Of a DNA stretch of 64,000 nucleotides, positions 48,301-56,610 are shown in pieces. Numbering within the stretch: position 1 is the stretch's first letter; each line of letters begins with the position of its first letter. The notes under the pieces are model-generated. The model was given only the letters and a program-made list of their open reading frames with translations. It was not told the DNA's origin and made no database searches. The position numbers and the translations under genes were made by a program. Source of the stretch: a virus (Duplodnaviria > Caudoviricetes); IMG/VR virus record IMGVR_UViG_3300028833_000083, positions 62,114 through 126,113 of that record; one strand, given 5' to 3'.

Positions 48301-50650
48301 TGAAGACACTGGAGAATACCTTGGTATATTTGATACCATTGAAGAGGCTAATGAGTATGCTGAAAAACTTCATCTTCAGCAAGAAGCTATTTATGATGAT
48401 TATGATAATTTCACGTCTAGCAAATATCAGAAACTTAAAGAAGAAATAGCTCTGCAAGAACAAGCTTCTCAGGCTTATATGGCAGAGGCTAAAGCAATTG
48501 GACTTAGCGCTGAATATGTAAATAAGATTCAGAACGGTAAGATGGATATCGAAACCGTTACTGATGAAAAACTTAAAGAGGCTATTTCCGATTATCAGGA
48601 ATACTATGATAAGGCGACAGACGCTGCTGATGCTGTAGAAGATTTGCGTGGCGAAATTGCTCAGCTTGCACAGACCAAGTTCGATATGATTACTAAGCAG
48701 TTTGAAGAGATGGCTCTTGCTATTGATCACGCCGCTACTCGTATTGGACATATTCAGAGCAAGATGGAGGCAGAAGGTTATTTTGAATCTTCAGCACTTA
48801 TTAAGCAACTTAAGGCTGGCAACGAAGCAAAACTTGAACAGCTCAAAGAAGAGGCGCTTGAACTTGCTGCGTCCATTGATGAGGCCGTAACCAATGGCGA
48901 CATTGAATATGGTTCTGAACAATGGTGGGGTATGTACGATTCGCTTCAGAATGTTAATGATCAAATTGTCGAAATGTCATCTACTATTGCTGATCTTAAT
49001 GACCAGCTTAGACAGATGGAATGGGACAACTTTGATTATATTGCAGATGCTGTACATAGGCTTGTTGACGAGAATGAATTTCTTATTGACGTCCTTCAAG
49101 ATGAAAGCTTACTGTTTGAAAAGAACGCCTATATTGGTGAGGATTTATATGCAAATGGCAACATGAGCGATGCTGCTCTCGCTGTACAAGGTTTACATGT
49201 TAATAGCATGCAAGTACTTGAACAGCAGAACGAAAAGTATGCTAATGAAATCAAAAAGATTAATGCCGAGCTCGCAAATGATCCTAACAATAAGAAACTT
49301 CTTGAACGTAGAAATGATCTTATTGATCAGCAACAAGACATCATCAAAGGAATCACCAGCGAAAAGCAAGCAATTAAAGAGCTTATCAAAGAAGGATACG
49401 AAACATTTCTTGACTATTTACAGAAGTCTATTGACTATCGCAAGAAAGCTCTTGAGGCACAAAAGAATCTTTATGATTATCAGAACACTGTTGAAGATCA
49501 GACAAAGACTATTTCAAGTTATAGAAAGCAGCTGGCTGCACTTGGCGGTGATGATTCCGAAGAGAATCAGGCTCGCTTACAGACACTTGCTGATAATTTA
49601 AATAAGGCCGAGAAAGAACTTCAACAGACAGAATATGAGAGATGGCTGTCTGATCAAGAAGAAATGATGGACAACTTATATGATCAGTTTGATAAGCTGA
49701 TTAGTGATAAGTTAGACCAGACTGACGAGCTTATTAGGCGCGCAGTTGAACAGACTGAAAGTAGCTCAAAGAATATTTCTGATACTATCACTTCAGAATT
49801 TAGCGAGTTCCTCTATGAACTTGACAACACATCGTTTGGTGTGAATATGGATGACCGCATGAGCAACGCTATCAGTGCTGTTAATAGTGTAGAGAATGCT
49901 ATTGGCAACATGGTAGAGGCTGCAAATGTTAATGCTCAAAATGAACTGAGAGCACTTGAGGCACTTGCTCAAACCGTTGCTGATTCCGCAGTACAACGTC
50001 CTTCATATGAATCTCAAGTTCCCGCTTCTACTGGAGGTAATGGTGGCAACGGAGGAAATAATGGTACTAGTCCTAATGGTGGTAATCCCCCTAAAACAAT
50101 TAGCGATCCTAATTATGATAAGAAAAAGAATACTGAAAATTCTAGAAGAATTAGAGAACTTAATGAACAACTTGCAGCATTAAAAATCCAACGTGATAAA
50201 TATAAAAAATTGGCTAATGGCCCTATGGGACATACTTATATTCCCACATTAAATCAATATGAAAATCAAATTCATGAAATTGAAAACACAATTAAAGAAT
50301 TGTCGGGCTTTGCCAAGGGTGGAACCATAGGTAAGGCTATTAAGAAGACTGGAGAGGATGGCATTATACTTGCACGTAGCGGTGAGGAAGTACTTAGCCT
50401 TGAACGTGTAAAACAAATGCAGGAAATCTTTAAGATGATGCAACCTCTTACCAATATGGGAAGCAACTCTATGTTTAGTAGCGGCACTACTGTTAATGGT
50501 ATGAATGTATCATTTGATCTTCCTAATGTAGCAAATTACGAAGACTTCGTAAGACAAGCCAAGAGCGATCCGACCTTTGAAAAATTAGTACAAAGCATGA
50601 CGATAGGGGCATCCCTCGGTAAAAGTAAACTGAGTAAATACTCGATCTAA
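39314..50650 (+). CDS. Tape measure protein (3778 aa) with inserted domains
   Basis: TP901-type core (~44150-45200: DKINKLGNEF, LAGKNRSN), long coiled coils, C-terminal GFAKGG...GEEVL. Confidence 0.9.
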   Translation: MANSKIISASIAVDIKNLQEVTGAVQGLGQELSNMKVDKNLEPRLKNVEKTLAGAVQMISEVTNKIDVLSQASGVNPKTLTDLAALTNSLAETKIAVDALEAKFNNLSNSIKVGDVGVKQITNSITSDITNMTSSINDSLSETASAIKRGGKEIVESYNNLLEWIKTEKIAADDLTNGDAEKAIEIFKIEDVDDVDAKIKKVKQRLQKDLKDFAEATKNFNNAKLNNVDNDDLEKYAEKQAEALDKLKESFTAFYNYADLDHLSGVKVPKAMQNLLDTITVELGGLEGKTFKTFEEIYDFIDVISKNIEGSIVGAIKSVEGAMEEANKAEVLTERKAPKKKADTKKKVVNGKENNDEIRTGVVIKEGTDAELIAELKTVIDNLQKFVNTHPIELDAVINPTWGTTQTTKYLKSIREQLSKKNGNIDEKLAERIYGLQDAFGKDFSDALNRSIEKLKTSLSKEGFTVGKLKIEDSTVSNFKQQLTDAIGEVEVNVLANIQGIGYENKNSDPELLSKADALFDELRNADKYDNELIKELVNLIKENNLNIDFSDAYKDQIKNIVKGLVDGTYMSIPEAIMKNKGHWGETPQGEFTKNRHYINELIDKINNTRSPQKIAEYQQELTRLYARNQEIVAQLMSEVKDEEETQPISEITQQAEKVVVNTSNATININNGTINGSGNIIDNVDHEHETPNDIFGYTKFIGKDDLNQLKIDEKEHIDELKKDKDIAKETRRLEKAINDVKNIDDLLTSFMAEIPYEINYNLTRDKNGKLIYSKNSVITQLDAGSTPVNSTSAYTVGQIHNHPGEMSFDIPSIQDVVYDFIHIEQKIHDIASELQKGVNSDLFNEYKSYISSNGSLLTVDYSDLLKMTPEQRDDEYLTRLSKFLVSSLFNDQVGYTDKLLTKDEETQSMFFPLQLQSSYINEAFGRKTTEGFFDENGKWVSSNFESELSQEIITQLNQLADIIKNELINESITDFDKIRDMFGMLSVETIKGDALKFFQKVAEQAVQRGMIFSASGNTNQTVSNTVKETANNIENTVKEIAEKSEATLVATRDELVKAANQKFAEILAGERAGNLDFDAIDTLVKDLRLAGIDKLSSTKLATTTTTGRIVDAMLKGDYASALEAFRSTTSHSDEAKARALEVQQMSKFFERFQKLYAMQTIQKKGTGSEKSIQMFVDAVRKSGVDFKVDPKYQDNEIGKLINSMLTRGYKTVADAINANKQSNENVDNTQTNINGQSVSIDTTKVTISSPSEVKITGTQRIAEATQKISNATIEITNGKSTTNTVEKDKTNKSENKPVESNNNSNKNIDNKSKKLLDEYNNNVLERGNLSFGDYLYKQGQILSKLQNNNVDVKKSQTNSIKHYQQYVDEINKIINTTTDNILKEQLIQIRTDLIDNVNILNAPVTSDNIKGAQDAIQNVLKNINAFDKISTGLELKAKEINTFLTAISKIDEIIYKGKDKNLSKSAQETILNANKRAAELKDTLMTAQKNNDYSEIDIESIRQELFDLRYNVGEAINQTVVDKLDIKKLVRKLDNLQIDEVKADPTVISRVKQLRKQLQNIVDDDAREMLTEEYNNYFKEVSQLSGTVSKSDRTFFGNFMKEWRHKNYQMMAQFFSFYDIIRYMREAVNVVKQYDTALIEMMKVSDETRFSLERYQQTLFDTADAIGSSALTLEQSTADWMRIGESLTEAAESAKAAQILMNVSEFQDINSATQALVSASQAYAELDKMEIVDKINKLGNEFPIATDQLATALQNSAAALTTQGNSLEEALALVVGGNIITQDALKTGTGIRTIALRIAGTKEAKDELAELGEGVDDFVVRTESKTRKLIMDYTAVASNGFKGVDIYNDNGNLRSTYEIMQDIADIYKEIQLEDRQAGTNRANALVELLAGKNRSNIAASILTNPDTIREAYEAAQNAEGSAMRENEKYLTSVEAHITMFKNAVDELITSLIDSGFINEIIDFGTTLVNLLKEITDAIGGVGTALAGIGIGVAAKMNVITDKDYGLIKSIKTIANQPLGQDALMKLYANTSSPEELMSQIAGKGLTREGAKFLEVNNVTKDIEGLEEAIVDAKGATNALSSAWQTVGFSIAAIVSTVIIAAIANHVKKIKEAQKATREYARSVKEQSDSIKEYAKRIADAKQIIDDERSSTDEVREAKNQLLDIQNELNDSYDIYTNKIKDSNTELKKSIELLKQEAIENARKALGESYGDGGTFTPSSNEKAENAFNNRIQLEDKNKVTNSAVANLIRSLGIDLTITQSSAFLASSDYETLGKDLNQAIQILSSQKYENSEIATQARNVLSDALTEYNKDIEENKDLEYNRGMVSVYDTNREKYNLAVDAYLQANIEPSEENKELAKKLILELWKDIEAAENTAGMYWAKQFFKGYEDAIEEQITDKKFSNEIYEAGSNGDIGEILSAYANYASNGSHNLSAEQIKQYLEGNYEGVDEQEKQYLDDIARIINENNIFIDELIDYLINNGSIKTEDRLKFEDSYNEQKENARKVLGMSEEDFDALNISNDEELTKWKDIIAATNDAKEAVRMYYLATAGFGATLDSSTILKNMQEQYKPAFDALAESYKEIFDDKNNYKGISKITAEKLQGVNAQFEEINKKLKEAGLDIIPQDAINSFLDTLSTEDILDDSFTTKAEEVHAAYNNIATTIVDSLNPALGQASFETVNLMTKQLKQLGVTNAEEVIFTRLGYTIDECSTAMDTYAAAKEAADAIDLDLDKDVSEFTAEEWAAISSDEAIMEYYRHRARLMAENISTVEDVQNLVNLTKALGDTTVGAIALAEAISRLDTINANTEKIDALNEKIQNAGRTGDWRGIAEYQQQIDALKKENADVASSLLEDVKYEAEFASSEWDGNEVTSSTDKGSESKQKFDWIERAIKKIQRAVTNLGKVADATYKTWGERLDAIMGKTEEFHDEIGQFGRGNIDLYNRPVYRKIDENGDEWTETTFSHVEEDEYGRWVLVPRIARDDYGNAYEMSEREAWGHYEDTGEYLGIFDTIEEANEYAEKLHLQQEAIYDDYDNFTSSKYQKLKEEIALQEQASQAYMAEAKAIGLSAEYVNKIQNGKMDIETVTDEKLKEAISDYQEYYDKATDAADAVEDLRGEIAQLAQTKFDMITKQFEEMALAIDHAATRIGHIQSKMEAEGYFESSALIKQLKAGNEAKLEQLKEEALELAASIDEAVTNGDIEYGSEQWWGMYDSLQNVNDQIVEMSSTIADLNDQLRQMEWDNFDYIADAVHRLVDENEFLIDVLQDESLLFEKNAYIGEDLYANGNMSDAALAVQGLHVNSMQVLEQQNEKYANEIKKINAELANDPNNKKLLERRNDLIDQQQDIIKGITSEKQAIKELIKEGYETFLDYLQKSIDYRKKALEAQKNLYDYQNTVEDQTKTISSYRKQLAALGGDDSEENQARLQTLADNLNKAEKELQQTEYERWLSDQEEMMDNLYDQFDKLISDKLDQTDELIRRAVEQTESSSKNISDTITSEFSEFLYELDNTSFGVNMDDRMSNAISAVNSVENAIGNMVEAANVNAQNELRALEALAQTVADSAVQRPSYESQVPASTGGNGGNGGNNGTSPNGGNPPKTISDPNYDKKKNTENSRRIRELNEQLAALKIQRDKYKKLANGPMGHTYIPTLNQYENQIHEIENTIKELSGFAKGGTIGKAIKKTGEDGIILARSGEEVLSLERVKQMQEIFKMMQPLTNMGSNSMFSSGTTVNGMNVSFDLPNVANYEDFVRQAKSDPTFEKLVQSMTIGASLGKSKLSKYSI

Positions 50651-50656
50651 TATTAG

Positions 50657-50684
50657 GTAGGATAGGTGTCACAGCCTATCCTAC
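50657..50684 (+). repeat. Conserved-loop hairpin, copy 4 (loop TGTCACAG)
   Basis: GTAGGATAGG-TGTCACAG-CCTATCCTAC, 6 nt after the tape-measure stop. Confidence 0.8.
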
Positions 50685-50704
50685 TATTACTTATTGTTTA
50701 ATGA

Positions 50705-51031
50705 ATGAAAGGAGTTATGGGTATGTTTGATGATATAAGATTAAAGAGACGTGAGACACTTATCAAAGAACTTAAGGAAAAGATAAGTGAACTGGAGAAG
50801 CAGAAGGTAGACGAGAAGAAGTTAAAAGAAAAAGAGAATGAAATGAACTCTCTTATCTACCAGCTCACTGAATTACTCAACAAGATGTCTAAAGAGATGA
50901 AGGAACTTGAAGAAGCAAAAAAGAACTATGAAACTGAGCGTTTCAAATTTGTAAGACTTAATGCGTCATACAAAAAGAAGATGGAACGTTTTATGGATGA
51001 AATTAAGATTAAGGAAGGGAACGATACATGA
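50705..51031 (+). CDS. Coiled-coil hypothetical protein
   Basis: K/E-rich; real start probably the ATG at 50717 or 50723 after AAGGAG. Confidence 0.55.
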   Translation: MKGVMGMFDDIRLKRRETLIKELKEKISELEKQKVDEKKLKEKENEMNSLIYQLTELLNKMSKEMKELEEAKKNYETERFKFVRLNASYKKKMERFMDEIKIKEGNDT

Positions 51032-51864
51032 GTACTATTGCTAATGATTTAATAGACTTTTATTATTGTGGACATTCACTATCGGAATATAATGGAATAA
51101 TAGGAGATATAGGCGGCGGCGATGCTGTTGGCGCGGTAGAGATAGGCAATGTATTGAATCTCAACCCAGTCGAATTAAAGTCTCTAAAGAAAAGAAAAAG
51201 CACTGCAGCCACTTATGATGGATATGTAGAAAAGCAATTCTCATTCTTTAAGAATTTGTGCAAGGGCAGCGATGGATTTTACACCAGAGAAGAAGTGTCT
51301 GAAATTATTAGATGGCTTAATCAACCTAACTATGAAAAGTTTACCCCAGTATATTCAGATACTACATGGCCCAGAGTACACTATTATGCAACATTTAATA
51401 TACAGCCAATTACATATATGGGCAATGTTATTGGCTTTCAGTTAAGCATGACTACAAGTGCTCCATTCGGATATTATGATGAAGTATCCTTGTCTGGTCA
51501 TGGTATACTTGTTGTGGATGACACATCAGAGGAACAAGGTTTTATATATCCAGTATGTAGTATTACTGCTAGTATGAATGGGCACATCGTTTTTAAGAAT
51601 AGTCAAAAAGAAGAAGATGTTACCATTATAGCAAACTGCAAGGAGGGAGAAACCATTACGTTGAATGGCGAATTTGGAACCATTCAAACCTCAATGCCTC
51701 ATGCTAATTTGTATAATGATTTTAATTATGTTTTTCCTAAGATATGGAATCATATGGATACGAGCATGGGTACAAATTCTTTTAGAAACATATTTGATGT
51801 TAATCTGGACGGTTCATTAATAGAGATTACATATAGCCCTATAAGTAAATTTGGATTAATTTAA
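51028..51864 (+). CDS. Distal tail protein (Dit-like)
   Basis: DFYYCGHSLSEY, IRWLN, APFGY, YP, FN..FP pattern; position after the tape measure. Confidence 0.7.
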   Translation: MSTIANDLIDFYYCGHSLSEYNGIIGDIGGGDAVGAVEIGNVLNLNPVELKSLKKRKSTAATYDGYVEKQFSFFKNLCKGSDGFYTREEVSEIIRWLNQPNYEKFTPVYSDTTWPRVHYYATFNIQPITYMGNVIGFQLSMTTSAPFGYYDEVSLSGHGILVVDDTSEEQGFIYPVCSITASMNGHIVFKNSQKEEDVTIIANCKEGETITLNGEFGTIQTSMPHANLYNDFNYVFPKIWNHMDTSMGTNSFRNIFDVNLDGSLIEITYSPISKFGLI

Positions 51865-51876
51865 GGAGGAGTTTTT

Positions 51877-54800
51877 ATGGCAAATACAAATACATTCTTT
51901 AAGCCCATAAAAACCCAGTTTGACACCTTTACAATTGTTTTGTGCAATAGAGATCACACAAGACTTGGAGCAATAACTAACGTAGACTTATCCTCAGTAC
52001 ATTTAAAAGGAGAGTTAGCCAATGGCAACGAAGTATCCTTTGATGTATATTATGAATTGAACGGAGAGGTCGAGAAGTTATGGGAAGACTTGGTAGATTT
52101 AAAACTTATTTATATTCCTGAAATAGATGATTATCTAGAGATTGCCATAACTGACTATGATTCTACAGAAAGGAAAAAGAGTATAGTAGGTGTTAATGCT
52201 GGAATTGCAGAGTTGTCTCAAACTCAATTATATGGATTAGAAATTAATACCGAAGAAGATATTAATCGCGATAAGTACGATCAGCTTAAGCCTACAATCT
52301 TTTATAGAAGAGACGATCCTAAAACATCTTTACTCAACAGAGTATTGGAGAAGGTGCCGCAATATAGTATAGGACATGTCCCAGTTAGTGTGGCAGCATT
52401 ACAGAGAACTTTCTCTGTGAATGATAAAAGTGTGTGGGAATTTTTAAGTAAAGATGTCGCAGAAGCATTTGATGTATTATTTGTAATTGATAACGTAAAC
52501 AAAAAGATTAATGTTTACGATTTATTAGTAGTATGTAATGAATGCCACGAAAGACAGCAACCATACTACGAATACGGATACTATGAAGACGTTAACTATG
52601 CAACAGACTCTGATAGTGAAGTTGTAACCAATGGAATGGATGAGTGGTTGTATGGTAATGATAGAATTGTAGCTTATAAGAAGCTTGTTTGTAAGAATTG
52701 TGGCAGTGAGGATCTGGATTACTTTGGAGAAGATACAAATATTATAATCAACAAGGATAATCTGACTGACGAAATTACACTCACAATAGATGCAGACTCT
52801 ATTAAGAATACGTTTAAGCTTGAATGTGGCGACGATGATATGACGGCTGCCGTAGTGGCAAGTAATCCTAACGGATCGGCGTATCTAAATAGATTTAATG
52901 ATCTTGATTATGCTGATATGCCCAGAGTATTAATAGATAAGCTTGACAGTTATAGTGTTTTATATGATTCATATAAAGATGAATATGCCGAGCTGATGGA
53001 AGATTATTACGATGCTATCGATAATATTCTTAAGTACCAGTCATCACTTATGCCCAAACAAAAAGAACAGACTATAACGGCTAGAACCGAGGCGGCTAAA
53101 CTTACTGTTAGTAATTTGTCTCCCGTGGCACTTACTAGAGTTGGTGAAAACACGTCGGTTAACTCTGTGAGCAATGCTCTTGTTCAACTGGCAAAGTGTT
53201 ATGTTAAGACTGGCTATGTAAAGGTAGAGGTTGACACCAGTGAGGGCAACGCTCCTTCATTCAGCTATGTTGGCCCGTATACGGACGACAGTGGTAATGA
53301 ATATCACTACGGATACTGGCAAGGCAGATTCTTGGTTACAAGTTATTCTGATAATGAAGATACTGCGTACAGTGCAAGAATTAATATTGTCGTAAACGAT
53401 GAATATGAGGAATATCTTGAGCAAAAGATTTCCAAGCAAATTGTTAAATATGACGACAAAGAGGGCAGCATATACTCGGTATTAAATATTAAGAACTTGT
53501 TAGACTTTACAAGAGCGATCAAATATTATTCTGTTAATAGATTAATATCTTTTAGAGATGCTTTGTCTAACTGTTTAAATATAATGGTACAAGAAGGACA
53601 TGCTAGCCCTACAAAGTTTAATTCTAAAACTGGTAGCTATGTTGTTGATGAATTTTATGACGACGTTTACATACCATATAGAAATAGACTTGATGCGGTG
53701 GAAGCGGAAATACCCAGACGACAATCTGGCAAAGAAATAGATGGTACGCCTTGTACTGGCAACGACGGTTATGGTGAACCCTATGCAACCGCCAACGTTG
53801 ATTATTGGACTAATATACTTGGTATTGTTACATCTGAAGATGGTACTGCATATGTGCTTCCTGATTCATTAGAGGATAGGAAGAATAAAATTCAAGACGC
53901 ACTAAATCTCAAAAAGTATCTGGGTGACAATGTTTACAAAACATATTGTGCTTATAGAAGAGAGCAGACATATTCCAATAGTAATTATATATCTACTGGC
54001 TTAGACAATGCTCAAATATTTGAGAAGGCTCAAGAGTTTATAAAAGCAGCTAACGAAGAACTGCTTAAGGCAAGTACGCCACAGTATACAGTTAAATGTA
54101 ATTTGTATAATCTATTGCCCACAAAGGGATATGAATATTACAAAGACAAAATGGTGCTGGGTAACTGGATTAGAGTACTGGCTGATGATCAGCTATTTAG
54201 ATTAAGACTGCTCTCATTTAATCTTGACCTTAATGATCCGTCAAAGGTAGACATTGAGTTTTCAAATGTTACCAAGATAGGAAACATAGTAACTGATCTT
54301 GAGTCAATATTAAACTCGGCAAAGTCAATGAGTACGTCTTATGGTTATACTGCAAAACAAGCAGAGGCTGGTAAAAATGCCAACGATGAGATAGGTGATT
54401 TTGTAAAGACTGGTTTAATGTCGGCGGTTAATAATCTTAAGAATAATGTGGACGAAGAGATCACGTTTGGTAAGTATGGTATTTACGCCAAGAGTCTTGA
54501 TCCAGACACTGGCTCATATAGTCCAGAGCAGTTAAGAATTACACATAATATCTTAGCATTCACCGATGACAATTGGCAGACTGCAAAGACAGCACTTGGC
54601 AAACATGAGTTTACACATTATTATCCCGACGAAGATACATTTAAAGTCGATTCCAGATATGGTTTAACCGCTGAGTTTGTTCAGGCTGGATATATCAATG
54701 GCGCCTCAATTGTTGGTGGTGATATCTATTCCGAAAATTATTCAGACGTTGGTAATACTGGTAGCCATATTGATTTAAATAATGGTACGTTTGAATTTGG

Positions 54801-55773
54801 TGGTAAGAAGCTAGTGTTCGACGGCAATGATTTAGTGATGAAGGATGGTAGAATTGAAGCTGGAAGTATTGAAGGTTCTACTATTAGCATTGGCAATGGA
54901 AACTTTGTTGTTAATGAAGATGGCGACTTTACTGCATATAGTGCCAATATAGTTAACGGTGTTTATACTGCGGGTACTATAACGGGTGGAGTTATAAATG
55001 GTGGAACTATAAATATTGGTAGTGGATTCAGTGTTGATTCCAATGGACATATGACTTGTAGCGGAGCCACCATAAGTGGAGATATTAATAATGGTAGCGG
55101 AACTTTTTCTGTGACCAGTGCTGGCGTTCTTACAGCCAAAAGTGGTACGATAGGTGGATGGACAATTGGCACTAGTAGTTTATCAGTTGGAAATGTAACA
55201 TTGAATAGTAGTGGTAATATTTATTGTAAAATAGGCAACGATTATAAATGGGAAATTTTAAATAATGGTAATGCAATATTCTCTAATATTACGGCTACTG
55301 GTGGCACATTTAGTAATGTTACTATTAATGGTTATGCTACCACCCAAGAATTAAATGCTATGAATGTGGTTATTCAGGGTCAGCTTACCGCAGCCGTTGC
55401 TAATATTGGAACGTTAAGTGCCGACAAAGCTAATATCGAAGATTTAACTGCGGGAACACTTGTTGTTGAAAATTCTGTTAATGCTCAAAGTGCTACAATT
55501 GCTGGAAATCTTGATGTTAACGGCACTATTACTTGCGGTCAGATTAAAGATAGTGCTGGAAATGTTGGAGCTAGTAATGTGCTTTGGCAAAAGATTACTG
55601 TTGTTAAAAGTGGTAGCTGGGGGTATTTATGGCAAAACAACAACACAAAAGTAGTGGTTAAAACTAACGATGATAATCCTCCTGAGCCAGTAGGCTACAC
55701 CAGATTAGGAGGCTTTATTAATGGTTTGCAAACCAAGAAGATATACACATTAGCAGTTGATAATGTATCATAA
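51877..55773 (+). CDS. Baseplate hub / central tail spike
   Basis: 1298 aa after Dit; LGNWIRV, FTDDNWQTAKTALG, Gly/Thr-rich beta-helix C-terminus. Confidence 0.75.
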   Translation: MANTNTFFKPIKTQFDTFTIVLCNRDHTRLGAITNVDLSSVHLKGELANGNEVSFDVYYELNGEVEKLWEDLVDLKLIYIPEIDDYLEIAITDYDSTERKKSIVGVNAGIAELSQTQLYGLEINTEEDINRDKYDQLKPTIFYRRDDPKTSLLNRVLEKVPQYSIGHVPVSVAALQRTFSVNDKSVWEFLSKDVAEAFDVLFVIDNVNKKINVYDLLVVCNECHERQQPYYEYGYYEDVNYATDSDSEVVTNGMDEWLYGNDRIVAYKKLVCKNCGSEDLDYFGEDTNIIINKDNLTDEITLTIDADSIKNTFKLECGDDDMTAAVVASNPNGSAYLNRFNDLDYADMPRVLIDKLDSYSVLYDSYKDEYAELMEDYYDAIDNILKYQSSLMPKQKEQTITARTEAAKLTVSNLSPVALTRVGENTSVNSVSNALVQLAKCYVKTGYVKVEVDTSEGNAPSFSYVGPYTDDSGNEYHYGYWQGRFLVTSYSDNEDTAYSARINIVVNDEYEEYLEQKISKQIVKYDDKEGSIYSVLNIKNLLDFTRAIKYYSVNRLISFRDALSNCLNIMVQEGHASPTKFNSKTGSYVVDEFYDDVYIPYRNRLDAVEAEIPRRQSGKEIDGTPCTGNDGYGEPYATANVDYWTNILGIVTSEDGTAYVLPDSLEDRKNKIQDALNLKKYLGDNVYKTYCAYRREQTYSNSNYISTGLDNAQIFEKAQEFIKAANEELLKASTPQYTVKCNLYNLLPTKGYEYYKDKMVLGNWIRVLADDQLFRLRLLSFNLDLNDPSKVDIEFSNVTKIGNIVTDLESILNSAKSMSTSYGYTAKQAEAGKNANDEIGDFVKTGLMSAVNNLKNNVDEEITFGKYGIYAKSLDPDTGSYSPEQLRITHNILAFTDDNWQTAKTALGKHEFTHYYPDEDTFKVDSRYGLTAEFVQAGYINGASIVGGDIYSENYSDVGNTGSHIDLNNGTFEFGGKKLVFDGNDLVMKDGRIEAGSIEGSTISIGNGNFVVNEDGDFTAYSANIVNGVYTAGTITGGVINGGTINIGSGFSVDSNGHMTCSGATISGDINNGSGTFSVTSAGVLTAKSGTIGGWTIGTSSLSVGNVTLNSSGNIYCKIGNDYKWEILNNGNAIFSNITATGGTFSNVTINGYATTQELNAMNVVIQGQLTAAVANIGTLSADKANIEDLTAGTLVVENSVNAQSATIAGNLDVNGTITCGQIKDSAGNVGASNVLWQKITVVKSGSWGYLWQNNNTKVVVKTNDDNPPEPVGYTRLGGFINGLQTKKIYTLAVDNVS

Positions 55774-55795
55774 TATAAAGGAGTAAAAAGAATAT

Positions 55796-56014
55796 ATGGA
55801 AAACAATATTAATATAGCAACTGAAATACTTAGACAAAAATTAGTTTCAGATATTAATAATTCAGGGCTTCCTATTAGCATTCTTAATCTTGTAGTTAAT
55901 GAATTGCAATGGAAGACTGAAAAAGCGTATTATGCCGAACTTAACTCTGCGGCAATAAAAGAAGAAAGTTCGGAATCTGAAGAAGAAACAAAAACCGAGG
56001 GAGAGTCTGAATGA
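55796..56014 (+). CDS. Small tail-associated protein
   Basis: INNSGLP motif; RBS. Confidence 0.6.
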   Translation: MENNINIATEILRQKLVSDINNSGLPISILNLVVNELQWKTEKAYYAELNSAAIKEESSESEEETKTEGESE

Positions 56015-56048
56015 CTCTCCCACTTACAACAGAAAGGAGGAATTAAAT

Positions 56049-56609
56049 ATGGCTGTTGATATAGAAACAAGGCGACTTAAAGATCACACAAATATTGTGC
56101 AAGCCAATCAGGACGAAGAGATGATACTTGATTCTTCCTCATATGGAACAAGGAATATAAGTGTAGAAAATTTTACCAGACAAATACTTGGTAATAATAA
56201 TATATCAGAATATGGTGATGGCACTCCCACTGGAGCCATCGTTAATACTAATGAACGTTTGGATCAGACCAATGATAAAATTGGCGATGCAAATATTTCT
56301 GGTTATGCTGATGGTACAGTTACTGGCATACTTGCAAACTTTGCCACAATGAATGTGTTGATACCAGCAAATGGTTGGAGTGATGAAGCACCTTATTATA
56401 ACACAATTACAGTAAGTGGTATTACCGCACTTGACAAAATTATATGTCTTGGCTATGTGCCGTCAAATGATCCCACAGAAAATATACTTATTAGTCATGC
56501 GGCAAGTAGAATTGACTACGGCATAACGAATGAAGATACTATTACGTGGTACTGCTTGGAACTTAAGCCAGAGATAGATGTGACAATGACAATAATGAGG
56601 GGGTATTAA
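56049..56609 (+). CDS. Tail fibre adaptor-like protein
   Basis: IS.Y.DGT.TG repeats; W..EAPY..TITVSGITA...KP..D domain. Confidence 0.6.
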   Translation: MAVDIETRRLKDHTNIVQANQDEEMILDSSSYGTRNISVENFTRQILGNNNISEYGDGTPTGAIVNTNERLDQTNDKIGDANISGYADGTVTGILANFATMNVLIPANGWSDEAPYYNTITVSGITALDKIICLGYVPSNDPTENILISHAASRIDYGITNEDTITWYCLELKPEIDVTMTIMRGY

Positions 56610-56610
56610 T

